From an uncultured Candidatus Saccharibacteria bacterium (GTDB taxonomy: Bacteria > Patescibacteriota > Minisyncoccia > Phycocordibacterales > UBA2100), in NCBI GenBank assembly GCA_964362175.1, contig CAYIDD010000002.1:45939-109938 (forward strand): a stretch of DNA of 64,000 nt, in the 5' to 3' direction. Positions 46,431-56,407 of this stretch are shown piece after piece; position 1 is the stretch's first letter, and every line of letters begins with the position of its first letter. Below the pieces are notes generated by a model. It saw nothing but the letters and a program-made list of their open reading frames with translations, was not told the DNA's origin and made no database searches. Position numbers and translations under genes: made by a program.

Positions 46431-47078
46431 ATGGGGATGGTCGAGTCGGGAATCATTGCCGCAGCGCTTCAGGTTGCAGGATACCTTTTTTATGGCTCCA
46501 AGGTCCTTCGCGAAGATATACTCCCGAATCCGGCATCCTGGTTGATGTTTGCCTACGGAACTCTATTTCTCTTCATCGTCGAGTGGGATCGGGATGCGAG
46601 TTTCGCGATCCTAGCGCTTCCTGCGGCCTGTGCGATCTCCAGTATTGCAGTCGCCCTCTATACCCTGCGGAAGCAACGCGGGTGGTGGCCGGAACATATT
46701 CTCGAGAAATTTTCATTCGGGCTCGACATCCTCTTGACGGTCGCGTATGTTTCTGCCTGGTTTTTCTTTACGGGAGATCTTATCAGTGCGGATATGAGAG
46801 AGGCGGCTACGATAATTATTCTTTTATGTTGGAACGTGGGTATATTCACGTCCTTTTTCCCGCTGCTGCGCCAGGTGTACCACCATCCGAGGACAGAGCA
46901 TGCACTTCCGTGGATAGTCTGGACGGGCGCGTACGTCATGCTTGCAACAGTTACGGTGATGGAAGTAGGTGGTATCAATGAGCTTTTCTTATACCCCGTT
47001 ATCAACGCCTGCGTACATGGACTCATCGCCATCCGTACGGCATACTGGCACCACTCTCACGGACTCTCCATAGTATGA
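46431..47078 (+). CDS. Hypothetical polytopic membrane protein, translationally coupled to the downstream SET-domain gene
   Basis: 215 aa, about 6 TM helices. Its stop overlaps the next ATG as ATGA. Confidence 0.5.
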   Translation: MGMVESGIIAAALQVAGYLFYGSKVLREDILPNPASWLMFAYGTLFLFIVEWDRDASFAILALPAACAISSIAVALYTLRKQRGWWPEHILEKFSFGLDILLTVAYVSAWFFFTGDLISADMREAATIIILLCWNVGIFTSFFPLLRQVYHHPRTEHALPWIVWTGAYVMLATVTVMEVGGINELFLYPVINACVHGLIAIRTAYWHHSHGLSIV

Positions 47079-47554
47079 AACGAATAAAAGTGTTCAAAAG
47101 CTCTATTCACGGCCGAGGTATATTTGCCGACGAGACAATCTCCAAAGGCGAGCGCATTACCTACATCCGCGGGCCCATAAAACAGAAAACTCCTCGGGGT
47201 CCGCGCGACTCAAAAATTATCGGTAACTGGATCGGTGTTGCAAAAGATACTTGGATCAAACCGGAGGCACCGTATATGTACCTAAACCACTCCTGTAATC
47301 CTAACTCCGCATTGATAACCAAGCGTTTACTTATCGCACTTCGACCGATAGCGCGAAACGAGGAAATTACTATGGATTACTCATTGACCGATAGTGATTT
47401 GCACTGGGGGATACGTTGTTCGTGCGGGGCCAGAAATTGTCGCAAGCATATTCGAGCAATACAAACGCTCTCTCCCCGGATTTTTCGGCACTACCTCCCG
47501 CATATACCGCCCTACTTTCAGAAAGTGTACGCAAAGGCCCACACCCACGGATAA
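47075..47554 (+). CDS. SET-domain protein (putative lysine methyltransferase)
   Basis: NHSCNPN pseudoknot motif and EEITMDY; post-SET-like CSCGARNC cysteine cluster. 159 aa. Confidence 0.7.
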   Translation: MKRIKVFKSSIHGRGIFADETISKGERITYIRGPIKQKTPRGPRDSKIIGNWIGVAKDTWIKPEAPYMYLNHSCNPNSALITKRLLIALRPIARNEEITMDYSLTDSDLHWGIRCSCGARNCRKHIRAIQTLSPRIFRHYLPHIPPYFQKVYAKAHTHG

Positions 47555-47606
47555 TTGTTCGACAAGTTGCCTTTGAGGATCTCTAAGCTCCTCGTATACT
47601 TGTGCC

Positions 47607-49406
47607 ATGGTGAATGGAAGATCTCGGATGCTGTACGCTGCACTACTTGTTGCCGTTGCAATATCCGTGGGAGGGATTTTTCTGCGGTCTTTTGTTTTTC
47701 AGAGTTACGCGATCGATGTCAATGAATCGGTCATCAGTCATGGGGAAAGTTCGCGCCAGCTCATCGCAAACGATGCGCTGGCGTGCGAGTGGGCACCTGA
47801 TCCTTTTTTAATATTTTCTGCCAACGTATTTTCACCCCTGATTTACTATTCCCACCTGTTCCCCGCTTTAGCGAGCGTCCTGCTCGGATTCTTTATTTGG
47901 CGACAACGGAAAAAATCGCTTTTGAATGGGTTATTCGTATTTCTCGTCAGTATATTCGCCGCGTGGTCGCTGTATGATCTCGTCCTGTGGGCTACGGCAA
48001 ATCCCGACGTGACCATTTTTGTATGGTCAGTGCAGATATTTCTCGATGTCGGCGTGTATATGAGTGCCGGGTACCTCTGCTATGTATTCTTCTATGAACG
48101 AGATCTGTCGTTCACGATGAAGGTTATTGCCGTCGCGGCGCTCATTCCCGTCATCTTTCTTGCTCCAACTGCACTTAATCTTGCTTCTTTCGATTACACT
48201 ACCTGCGACCGTGAGGCGACCGAAGGAGGATTGTGGCACTACGTCTATCTGTTCGAGATTCTCATCGTGCTTTGGGTGGCTGCGCACGCCGTCCGCGCCT
48301 TCCGCGCCGCAACAACTCCAGAGCGCAAAAAGCAGATACTTTCATTCGCCCCCGCAATCATTCTGTTCCTCGTCGCCTTCTCGTGGGGCAACATCGTAGG
48401 CAGTCTTACCTCGGATTGGTCCATCCCCCAATACGGACTTTTTGGGATGCCTATCTTCCTTGCCGTAACGCTGTACCTCATCGTCAAATATCAAACCTTC
48501 CAAGTACAGACGATCGCCGCCTCAGCACTCGTGAGCGGCCTCTGGACACTTCTATTCTCCATACTTTTCCTAGCGGACATGGAGACTGCGCGCCCGGTCA
48601 TTGTGATAACGCTGGTATTCTTCGCGATGATGGGGTTGCTCTTGGTGCGGAGTGTGCGTCGCGAGATTGCACAACGCCACTTGATCGAGAAGCAGGAGAA
48701 AGAGCTGGAGATCGTGAACAAGCAGCAGGAAAATCTACTCCACTTCATGAGCCACGAGGTCAAGGGGTACCTAACCGAAGGGCAGGCGGGGTTTGCTTCG
48801 ATAGTCGAAGGGGATTATGGCGCAGTGCCGGATTCTCTCAAGACGATGGCGACGAACGCGCTCGTGAAAGTACGAAAGGGTGTGGCGACTATCATGGACA
48901 TCCTGAAAGCATCCGATATGAAAAAGGGTACGGTGGCGTACAAAAAAGACTCCTTTAACTTTAGGAAAGCGGTGGAAACCATCGCGGGTGAACAAAAGGC
49001 GGCTGCATTGGAAAAAGGTCTTGGATTTGAGGTGAACATCGCGGAAGGGAAGTACGTAATGACGGGGGATGCGGAGAAGGTGCGCGACCACGTCATCCGC
49101 AATCTTATGGACAATGCTGTCCGCTACTCTCCGACCGGTACGATCCATGTCGAGCTTTCCGACGGAGGAGGGAAGATACGCTTTTCAGTAAAAGACAACG
49201 GGGTCGGTATCACAGAGGAAGACATGCAACATCTCTTTACTGAGGGCGGTCATGGAAAGGACTCGATAAAGGTCAACGTCCATTCGACTGGCTACGGCCT
49301 CTTTATCGCGAAACAGGTCGTCGACGCCCACGGCGGCAAAATTTGGGCGGAATCAGAGGGGGAAGGCAAGGGTGCCACGTTCATTGCAGAATTTCACGCC
49401 ATATAG
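47607..49406 (+). CDS. Sensor histidine kinase with an N-terminal polytopic membrane sensor domain. No cognate response regulator is present in the window
   Basis: About 8 TM helices. HisKA H-box FMSHEVKG. HATPase_c N, G1 and G2 boxes (DNGVGI, GYGLFIAKQVVDAHGG). Confidence 0.8.
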   Translation: MVNGRSRMLYAALLVAVAISVGGIFLRSFVFQSYAIDVNESVISHGESSRQLIANDALACEWAPDPFLIFSANVFSPLIYYSHLFPALASVLLGFFIWRQRKKSLLNGLFVFLVSIFAAWSLYDLVLWATANPDVTIFVWSVQIFLDVGVYMSAGYLCYVFFYERDLSFTMKVIAVAALIPVIFLAPTALNLASFDYTTCDREATEGGLWHYVYLFEILIVLWVAAHAVRAFRAATTPERKKQILSFAPAIILFLVAFSWGNIVGSLTSDWSIPQYGLFGMPIFLAVTLYLIVKYQTFQVQTIAASALVSGLWTLLFSILFLADMETARPVIVITLVFFAMMGLLLVRSVRREIAQRHLIEKQEKELEIVNKQQENLLHFMSHEVKGYLTEGQAGFASIVEGDYGAVPDSLKTMATNALVKVRKGVATIMDILKASDMKKGTVAYKKDSFNFRKAVETIAGEQKAAALEKGLGFEVNIAEGKYVMTGDAEKVRDHVIRNLMDNAVRYSPTGTIHVELSDGGGKIRFSVKDNGVGITEEDMQHLFTEGGHGKDSIKVNVHSTGYGLFIAKQVVDAHGGKIWAESEGEGKGATFIAEFHAI

Positions 49407-49438
49407 AATAAGTGTTTTTTCTGCTATTATTTGCCAAT

Positions 49439-50380
49439 ATGCAGAAAAAACGCCTCTTCACTGGCCTTCAGCCCTCCGGCCCCCTCCACATTGGCAACTA
49501 TTTGGGGGCGCTCAAACAAACGGTTGAAATACTCAAAGATTCTGATGGGCTCGTGATGATAGCCGACTACCACGCCCTGACGACACTTCGTGCACCGGAA
49601 GAGCTGCGAAAGAATATATTGGGAGTAGCGCGGGATTACATTGCGGTCGGGCTTGATCCAAAAAAGATCGCTATTTTCAAACAATCGGACGTACCGGAAC
49701 ACACGGAGCTTGCGTGGATATTCGATTGCCTCGTAACCGTCCCATTTTTACAGCAAGCGCACGCGTACAAAGACAAAGTTGCAAAAGGTCTTGACGCGAA
49801 TGCGGGACTTTTCACATACCCGATGCTTATGGCAGCCGACATCCTGCTCTACGATACCGATGTGGTGCCTGTCGGTGCCGACCAGCGACAGCACGTGGAA
49901 TACGCGCGTGAAGCTGCTGCAAAGTTCAATACGGCGTTCGGGGAGACATTCAAAGAACCACAGGAGCGGATACTGGAGGCTGTTGCAGTCGTGCCGGGCA
50001 CCGACGGAAAGAAAATGAGCAAGAGTTACGGCAATACAATACCACTTTTCGGAACGCGGGAAGAGATACAAAAGGCGGTGATGGGCATCGTCACGGACTC
50101 AAATGCGGAGAGCCCCGAAAATGTATACAACATCCACAAATTCTTCCGCTCCGGCGACGAGCTCGTAACGCTCTACAAAGAGAACAAGGGAAAATACAAA
50201 GCCCTCAAGGAAGCGCTTATCGAGGACATTGAGGCAGTGGTGGGCCCGATGCGGGAAAGGCGTGCAAATATCTCCGATTCCGATGTGAAGGCAATACTCA
50301 AAGACGGAGGGGAAAGAGCCCGCGCTCAAGCGGCAGTAAAAATGGCCGATGTACGGGCAAAAGTAGGAGTCACGCTTTAA
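49439..50380 (+). CDS. trpS: Tryptophan--tRNA ligase
   Basis: Class I motifs: PSGPLHIGNYLGAL (HIGH-like) and KMSKS. 313 aa from the ATG at 49439. Confidence 0.9.
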   Translation: MQKKRLFTGLQPSGPLHIGNYLGALKQTVEILKDSDGLVMIADYHALTTLRAPEELRKNILGVARDYIAVGLDPKKIAIFKQSDVPEHTELAWIFDCLVTVPFLQQAHAYKDKVAKGLDANAGLFTYPMLMAADILLYDTDVVPVGADQRQHVEYAREAAAKFNTAFGETFKEPQERILEAVAVVPGTDGKKMSKSYGNTIPLFGTREEIQKAVMGIVTDSNAESPENVYNIHKFFRSGDELVTLYKENKGKYKALKEALIEDIEAVVGPMRERRANISDSDVKAILKDGGERARAQAAVKMADVRAKVGVTL

Positions 50381-50384
50381 TACT

Positions 50385-51785
50385 ATGCAACGAACATTTA
50401 TAAAAGATCTGCGCGAACATATCGGTGAAACCGTCCTCATCAAGGGCTGGGTAGCCGTGCGGCGCGACCAAGGCAAGATGGTCTTTTTTGATCTCCGCGA
50501 TATGACGGGGGAGGTGCAGGGTGTCGTGCTTTCGGGGAGCCCCGCCATAGGGACAGCAAAAAACACAAGCAGGGAGAGTGTCGTGAGCGTTACGGCCGAG
50601 GTGAAAAAGCGTCCCGAAAAGAACACGCAGACGGGCAAACTCAACGGCGACATTGAGATCGTGGTGAACGAACTCGTGGTGGAAAGTCCCGCGGCAGTGC
50701 TTCCTTTTGAGGTCAACGAAGATACGTCCGGTATCGGGGAGGAGGTGCGGCTCGCGCACCGATACCTAGACCTGCGTAGCGAACGCATGCAGCGCAACAT
50801 CCGCTTGCGGAGCGAATTCGTCCGCCGGTGCCGTGAGTTCCTCTTTGGACAGCAGTTTACCGAGATCGAGACCCCGCTTCTGACCGAGTCGACCCCCGAA
50901 GGCTCCCGCGATTTCGTCGTACCATCGCGCTTGCACCCCGGCAAATTCTACGCCCTGCCGCAATCACCCCAGCAATACAAACAGCTGCTCATGGTCGGCG
51001 GATTCGAGCGCTATTTTCAGATAGCGCGCGCCGTGCGCGATGAAGACTTGCGGGCTGATAGAGGATTCGAGCATACTCAGATCGATGTCGAGATGTCGTT
51101 CGTGAGCCAAGAGGACGTGATGAACACCGTCGAGACTATGATAACGACTGCCGTCGAGGGAATGGGCTATACCGTCAAAGAAAAACCCTTTCCCCGCTTC
51201 ACGTATGCGGAAGCAATGGAAAAATTCGGTGCCGATAAATTCGACCTCCGAACAGAAGATGAGAAGCAGCGGGGGATACTCGCGTATGCGTGGGTCTACA
51301 AATTCCCGTTCTTCGAAAAGACTACCGAGGGAGGATGGACGTTCACACACAATCCGTTCTCGATGCCGCTCCCCGAACACGTTGAGGATCTTTTGCAGAA
51401 AAAAAATGTTGGGGAGATTTTGACTACCCAGTACGATCTTGTCTGCAATGGATTCGAAGCAGCTGGCGGAAGTATCCGCGCGCACAAACCAGAGCTTCTC
51501 AAGGCGGTATACGAGATCATGGGCTATTCAGAAGAGGAGACGCGTGAACGCATCGGCCATATGCTGGATGCATTCCGATACGGAACGCCGCCCCACGGCG
51601 GCATCGCGATAGGGGTCGAACGCATTATCATGAACCTTACGGGCGAGTCGCATCTGCGCGAGGTGCAGGCATTTCCCATGACGCGCGGGGGGCAGACGGC
51701 AGTTATGAGGGCGCCCAAGCCGCTCACCAAAGAGCAATTGGAAGAGCTCGGTATTCAGATAAAACCCGGAAAGAAACATGACTGA
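50385..51785 (+). CDS. aspS: Aspartate--tRNA ligase, short (archaeal/eukaryote-like, GAD-less) class IIb type; asparagine specificity cannot be excluded
   Basis: N-terminal OB-fold anticodon-binding domain and class II motifs 1-3 (FRNE-like region, GGSIR). 466 aa, without the bacterial insertion domain. Confidence 0.7.
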   Translation: MQRTFIKDLREHIGETVLIKGWVAVRRDQGKMVFFDLRDMTGEVQGVVLSGSPAIGTAKNTSRESVVSVTAEVKKRPEKNTQTGKLNGDIEIVVNELVVESPAAVLPFEVNEDTSGIGEEVRLAHRYLDLRSERMQRNIRLRSEFVRRCREFLFGQQFTEIETPLLTESTPEGSRDFVVPSRLHPGKFYALPQSPQQYKQLLMVGGFERYFQIARAVRDEDLRADRGFEHTQIDVEMSFVSQEDVMNTVETMITTAVEGMGYTVKEKPFPRFTYAEAMEKFGADKFDLRTEDEKQRGILAYAWVYKFPFFEKTTEGGWTFTHNPFSMPLPEHVEDLLQKKNVGEILTTQYDLVCNGFEAAGGSIRAHKPELLKAVYEIMGYSEEETRERIGHMLDAFRYGTPPHGGIAIGVERIIMNLTGESHLREVQAFPMTRGGQTAVMRAPKPLTKEQLEELGIQIKPGKKHD

Positions 51786-52506
51786 GAAATTTGCGGTAAC
51801 GACACCGACTTTCGCCGGCCCGCTCGAAACGCTTCTCAATATGATCGAGGAGCGCAAGATGTCTGTTTCCGATATCTCACTCGCAGAAGTCACGGATGCA
51901 TATCTTGCGCACGTTGAAAAATTGCCGGAGCTCCCTCTCGGAGAAACGGCTCAGTTCATTTTAGTCGCTTCCACGCTTCTCCTCATCAAATCACGCTCGC
52001 TCCTACCCACACTTGAACTCTCCGAAGACGAGCGCGAGAGCGTTGAGGAGCTTGAGCGCAGACTCGCACGTTATGCGCTTTTCCGTAAAGCGGCAAAACT
52101 ATTGCGCCGGGAGTGGGGGAGGGCACTGCTCCTCCTTGCGCGTCGCGCCCCGCTTCGCCCCGCCGTGTTCAGTCCGGCTGATGCCGCACTCGCCTCGATC
52201 GCAGGAGCCGCACGGCGCTTGGTAAGCATCCTGCCGAAGCCTGAGGCGCTTGCAAAGGCCGCCGTGGCTCCCGTACTCGCGCTCGAAGACGTTATCGTCC
52301 ACATGAAAAAGCGTCTCACGAGCGCCTTCAGGGCTCGTTTTAGCGAGCTGACCAAGTCGCGCAGCCGGAACGAGGTCATCGTCTATTTTCTCGCCATGCT
52401 TGAGCTCGTGCGCGGCGGACATGCGAGCGTCTCACAGGAAAAACTTTTTGAAGACATCACGATCGAGATAGAAAATGTGACTGGCGCTCCGCGCTACGGA
52501 ACATAA
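51778..52506 (+). CDS. scpA: Segregation and condensation protein A
   Basis: Conserved ScpA N-terminus (FAGPLETLLNMIEERKMSVSDISLAEVTDAYL). Its ATG overlaps the aspS stop as ATGA. Confidence 0.8.
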   Translation: MTEKFAVTTPTFAGPLETLLNMIEERKMSVSDISLAEVTDAYLAHVEKLPELPLGETAQFILVASTLLLIKSRSLLPTLELSEDERESVEELERRLARYALFRKAAKLLRREWGRALLLLARRAPLRPAVFSPADAALASIAGAARRLVSILPKPEALAKAAVAPVLALEDVIVHMKKRLTSAFRARFSELTKSRSRNEVIVYFLAMLELVRGGHASVSQEKLFEDITIEIENVTGAPRYGT

Positions 52507-52507
52507 T

Positions 52508-53125
52508 ATGGCGAACAATATCGCATCCCGTATCCATGCATTCCTCTTTAGCGAGGGGGGTTCGCTCGCAAAACGTAAGCTCGCACAGCTCGTGGAAATC
52601 AAAGAATCGGAGCTCCCAGGTGCGCTTCAAGAGCTTTCCGCACGGCTCGAAGGAAGCGGGCTCGCTCTCATACAGACAAATACCGAAGTTACTCTCGCGG
52701 TAGCTCGCGAGACTTCTGTCGCGGTACGGGCGGCATTCGAACGTGAGCTGGGGAGCGCCATTGGAGACGCCGGCCTCGAAGTTCTGGCGATCGTTCTCTA
52801 TCGTGGACCATCCACACGCGCTCAGATCGATTACATTCGCGGTGTGAATACAAGCTCTACGATCCGCACACTGCTGGGAAGGGGGCTTCTTGAGCGCACG
52901 GGAAATCCCGATGACGGCCGCGAGTACCTGTACCGTCCGACCGTTGAGCTCCTTGCGCACATCGGCGCGCGTACCGAAAACGAACTACCCGATTACGAGA
53001 ATATTAGGACGGAATTGACGGCTTTTGAGGCCCTCGATCGCGGCCCCGGCGAGACAACGCACACGACCGATGGATCTCCCGATATGCCACCAAAAGAACA
53101 CCATGGAAGAAACGATGCCGACTGA
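52508..53125 (+). CDS. scpB: Segregation and condensation protein B
   Basis: Two winged-helix repeats (LEVLAIVLYRGPSTRAQIDYIRGVNTSSTIRTLLGRGLLE). Confidence 0.8.
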   Translation: MANNIASRIHAFLFSEGGSLAKRKLAQLVEIKESELPGALQELSARLEGSGLALIQTNTEVTLAVARETSVAVRAAFERELGSAIGDAGLEVLAIVLYRGPSTRAQIDYIRGVNTSSTIRTLLGRGLLERTGNPDDGREYLYRPTVELLAHIGARTENELPDYENIRTELTAFEALDRGPGETTHTTDGSPDMPPKEHHGRNDAD

Positions 53126-54083
53126 ACAGGTGTCTGCGGAAGGACGGAGACAATCTCCTCCTCCATGGCCGACGGCCGTTGTGTTCGCGCTGCTTTTCGT
53201 TTCGGCGGCCGCACTCTCAGCCATATATTTTTTTGAAGATGCGCGTCTTCAAAATCCCTCCCAAACGGCAGCTGCGGCCGCCGCCAATCCGTTCGCAGAC
53301 ATCGCCCTGGAAGCAGACAGCGTGGTCGTAGTGGATCTCGCGACCGATCATATTCTCTATTCCCGAAACCCCGATGTGCAACTGCCCCTCGCCTCGTTGA
53401 CCAAAGTACCGATGGCGTTCGTCGCCTCAGAGGTGCTGCTGCCGGACGCGATCCTCACCATTCCCGAACACGAAACGCCGGACGGGGCGTCGATCCGCTT
53501 ACCTGCCGGATTAAAATTCCTCGCTCGGGACCTCATGGATTTTACGCTGGTTGCCTCCTCGAACGAGGGGGCGGAGATCGTGGCTTCAGCCGCGCGGGGG
53601 GGGATCAAAAGAAAATATCCCGAGGCCGATCAGAACCGTACCGTGCTGTGGCGCATGAACAACCTTGCGCGTAATCTCGGACTCACACGTACATATTTTT
53701 TGAATCTGAGCGGACTCGATCTCAGCACAACGCAAGCTGGCGCGTATGGATCCGCCAACGACACCGCCCGTCTTTTTGCATATATTGCGTCAACCTCTCC
53801 GCACATATTCGAGCAAACATCACGCAACGAGGTTCAGATCCGCGCGCTTTCGGGCGAAACGATACGAGCGGTGAATACCGACGAGGCGCTGCCGTCCATC
53901 CCCGGCCTCATCATGGGGAAAACCGGATATACAGACCTCGCGGGCGGCAACCTTGCCATCGTGTTTGAGGTCGGTCCGGCACGTCCGGTCGCGATCGTTG
54001 TTCTTCATTCTTCGCTTCAGGGCCGTTTCGACGATGTGCGTAAGCTCGTGGCGGCAACACAAGCCGCGATTGCCGCACAATAA
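53103..54083 (+). CDS. D-alanyl-D-alanine carboxypeptidase (S11 peptidase, PBP5/6-like)
   Basis: SLTK (SxxK) active-site motif and an N-terminal membrane anchor. The ATG at 53103 overlaps the scpB 3' end by 23 nt in another frame. Confidence 0.75.
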   Translation: MEETMPTEQVSAEGRRQSPPPWPTAVVFALLFVSAAALSAIYFFEDARLQNPSQTAAAAAANPFADIALEADSVVVVDLATDHILYSRNPDVQLPLASLTKVPMAFVASEVLLPDAILTIPEHETPDGASIRLPAGLKFLARDLMDFTLVASSNEGAEIVASAARGGIKRKYPEADQNRTVLWRMNNLARNLGLTRTYFLNLSGLDLSTTQAGAYGSANDTARLFAYIASTSPHIFEQTSRNEVQIRALSGETIRAVNTDEALPSIPGLIMGKTGYTDLAGGNLAIVFEVGPARPVAIVVLHSSLQGRFDDVRKLVAATQAAIAAQ

Positions 54084-54116
54084 ACTGATAACTATACCCG
54101 TAGTACAATACCCACC

Positions 54117-55181
54117 ATGCTCCCACCTCTCGTCCTTGTCCTAGTGCCCGCAGCAATTGCCTTTTTGGTCGGTATTATTGCGACCCCGATCCTCACCCAC
54201 TACCTGTACGCGTACAAAGCATGGAAAAAACGCCCCGGCAAACAAGCCTTCGACGGCAATGTGGCACACGAATTTAATCGTCTCCACGCTGAAAACGAAG
54301 TGCGCGCACCGCGCATGGGTGGCATCGTGGTGTGGGGTTCGGTCGTGATCACCACCCTTGGGATCTCCGGCATCGCGTATCTTTTTCCATCTCCCTCCAT
54401 CTTCCAACTTGATTTTCTGAGCAGAAGCCAGACGTGGTTGCCGCTCGCGACACTGATCGTCGGAGCATGTGTGGGACTCCTTGACGACATGATGGTCATA
54501 CGCCCGAACGGCGAGGGGTTGCGCTTGAGACATCGCCTCCTGATCGTAATAACCCTCTCCTCCTTCATCGGATGGTGGTTCTGGGAGAAGCTCGACGTGA
54601 CCGCCGTCAACATCCCTTTCTCCTCTCCGTTCGAATTGGGATGGTTCATTATTCCGTTTTTCGTCTTCGTCTCGCTTGCACTCTACGCGTCTGGAGTCAT
54701 CGACGGCATCGACGGTCTTTCGGGCGGCGTGTTCGCTTCGATCTTTGCCTCATACACCATCATTGCGTTCGCTCAGGGACAGACGGACCTTGCGGCGTTC
54801 ACCGCGTGTATTCTCGGCGGCCTCCTCGCGTTCCTGTGGTTCAACGTGCCGCCTGCGCGGTTCTACATGAGCGACACCGGCACAATGGGGCTCACGCTTG
54901 CGCTTGGCACTATCGCGTTCATGACCGATGACCTCGGCGGGGGATTCGGTATCGCCGTGCTGCCCGTCATCGGAGCGCTTCTCGTCGCAACCGTGCTTTC
55001 GGATGTTGCGCAGCTGTTCTCAAAAAAGTTCTTCGGAAAAAAACTGCTCCGTATAGCGCCACTCCACCATCACTTCGAGGCGATCGGATGGCCCGGACAT
55101 AAGGTCGTGATGCGCTATTGGATACTCTCCATCGTATTTGCCTTCGCGGGAGTCATTGTCGCGCTTTCCGCGCTCTCTTGA
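54117..55181 (+). CDS. mraY: Phospho-N-acetylmuramoyl-pentapeptide transferase
   Basis: DDMMVIR and IDGIDGLSGG motifs, 10 TM. Confidence 0.9.
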   Translation: MLPPLVLVLVPAAIAFLVGIIATPILTHYLYAYKAWKKRPGKQAFDGNVAHEFNRLHAENEVRAPRMGGIVVWGSVVITTLGISGIAYLFPSPSIFQLDFLSRSQTWLPLATLIVGACVGLLDDMMVIRPNGEGLRLRHRLLIVITLSSFIGWWFWEKLDVTAVNIPFSSPFELGWFIIPFFVFVSLALYASGVIDGIDGLSGGVFASIFASYTIIAFAQGQTDLAAFTACILGGLLAFLWFNVPPARFYMSDTGTMGLTLALGTIAFMTDDLGGGFGIAVLPVIGALLVATVLSDVAQLFSKKFFGKKLLRIAPLHHHFEAIGWPGHKVVMRYWILSIVFAFAGVIVALSALS

Positions 55182-55206
55182 ATTCGTGAGTGGTACTATT
55201 CAGTTC

Positions 55207-56310
55207 ATGCGAGGTCGTTTGGATAAAACACTGCTTTTTCTGCTCATCGCCCTGATCGTCGGGGGATGCTTTATCTTTGCTTCGGCGGCATTTGGGTTGC
55301 TTGCGCGCGGACAAAGTGGCATGACCTCAATCGTTTTGAACCACCTCGTACTCGGCGTGGGCCTCGGCCTTGTCCTGCTCGTCATGCTCTCCGTGTTTGA
55401 CTACCGCCATTGGCGCATCGTCGCGCCGTACCTGTTCGGCCTTTCCCTTTTCGCAACGGCGCTCGTGTTCGTGCCACAGATCGGTTTTACACACGGGGGC
55501 GGAACCCGCTGGCTCGATATTTTCGGACTCTCGGTGCAGCCTTCGGAAGCACTCAAAATAACCTCCGTGATCCTCGCGGCAGCATATTTTTCCGCTGTCC
55601 GGGGCCGCGCGGAATCTCTCACGCGGGGCTTGGGCGGCTTTTTTGCCATTATCGCACCTTCTGCTCTTCTGCTTCTTCTTCAACCTGACATTGGAACACT
55701 CTTTATCATCTGCATTCCGGTCTTTGCGGTGTATGTGGCCGCAGGCGCGCGATGGCGCGACATCGCGATCGCGGCGATCGTAGCGCTCATATGCCTCTCG
55801 GCCATCCTGTATTTCAAAGATCATGCGCGCCAGCGTCTGATGACCTTTCTCGACCCCTCGCGGAACCAGCAGGCTTCCGGCTATCAGATACGACAATCGC
55901 TGATCGCCATCGGCTCCGGCGAATTTTTGGGGCGCGGCTTCGGGCAGGGCGTGCAGAAATTTACATACCTGCCGGAACCGATGGGGGATTCTATATTCGC
56001 TGTAGCGGCCGAAGAATTGGGGTTTGTGGGCTCCGTCACAATCGTTCTTACCTTTCTTGGGTTCGTATTGCGGGGGTACGGCATCGCCGCTCGCGCCCCT
56101 GACTTTTTCGCCGGCCTTCTCGCGGTTGGGATTTCCACCTACCTCGTAAGCGAGGCATTCATCAATATCGCTGCCATGCTCGGGGTCGCGCCCCTCACGG
56201 GCATCCCGCTTACGTTCGTCTCGCAAGGCGGCACTGCCATGCTCGTATCTCTCGCGAGTGCCGGTATTTTGCTCAATATCTCCCGTCATCGTCGGGCGTC
56301 AAACGCATAA
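55207..56310 (+). CDS. ftsW: SEDS-family peptidoglycan glycosyltransferase FtsW/RodA
   Basis: Polytopic SEDS topology with conserved C-terminal PLTGIPLTFVSQGGTAML. Confidence 0.8.
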   Translation: MRGRLDKTLLFLLIALIVGGCFIFASAAFGLLARGQSGMTSIVLNHLVLGVGLGLVLLVMLSVFDYRHWRIVAPYLFGLSLFATALVFVPQIGFTHGGGTRWLDIFGLSVQPSEALKITSVILAAAYFSAVRGRAESLTRGLGGFFAIIAPSALLLLLQPDIGTLFIICIPVFAVYVAAGARWRDIAIAAIVALICLSAILYFKDHARQRLMTFLDPSRNQQASGYQIRQSLIAIGSGEFLGRGFGQGVQKFTYLPEPMGDSIFAVAAEELGFVGSVTIVLTFLGFVLRGYGIAARAPDFFAGLLAVGISTYLVSEAFINIAAMLGVAPLTGIPLTFVSQGGTAMLVSLASAGILLNISRHRRASNA

Positions 56311-56407
56311 GATACGCAAAGGAAGAGCCGTCACCGACGTTTGGATCCCCTGGGGGAAGCCGCTAGAATGACAGTGGTTGGCCTCCCGCATATGATAAAA
56401 TACCCCG

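Noticed and set aside
50099-50944. 281-aa minus-strand ORF
   Set aside because: Antisense to the trpS/aspS junction.
55327-56289. 320-aa minus-strand ORF
   Set aside because: Antisense to ftsW.
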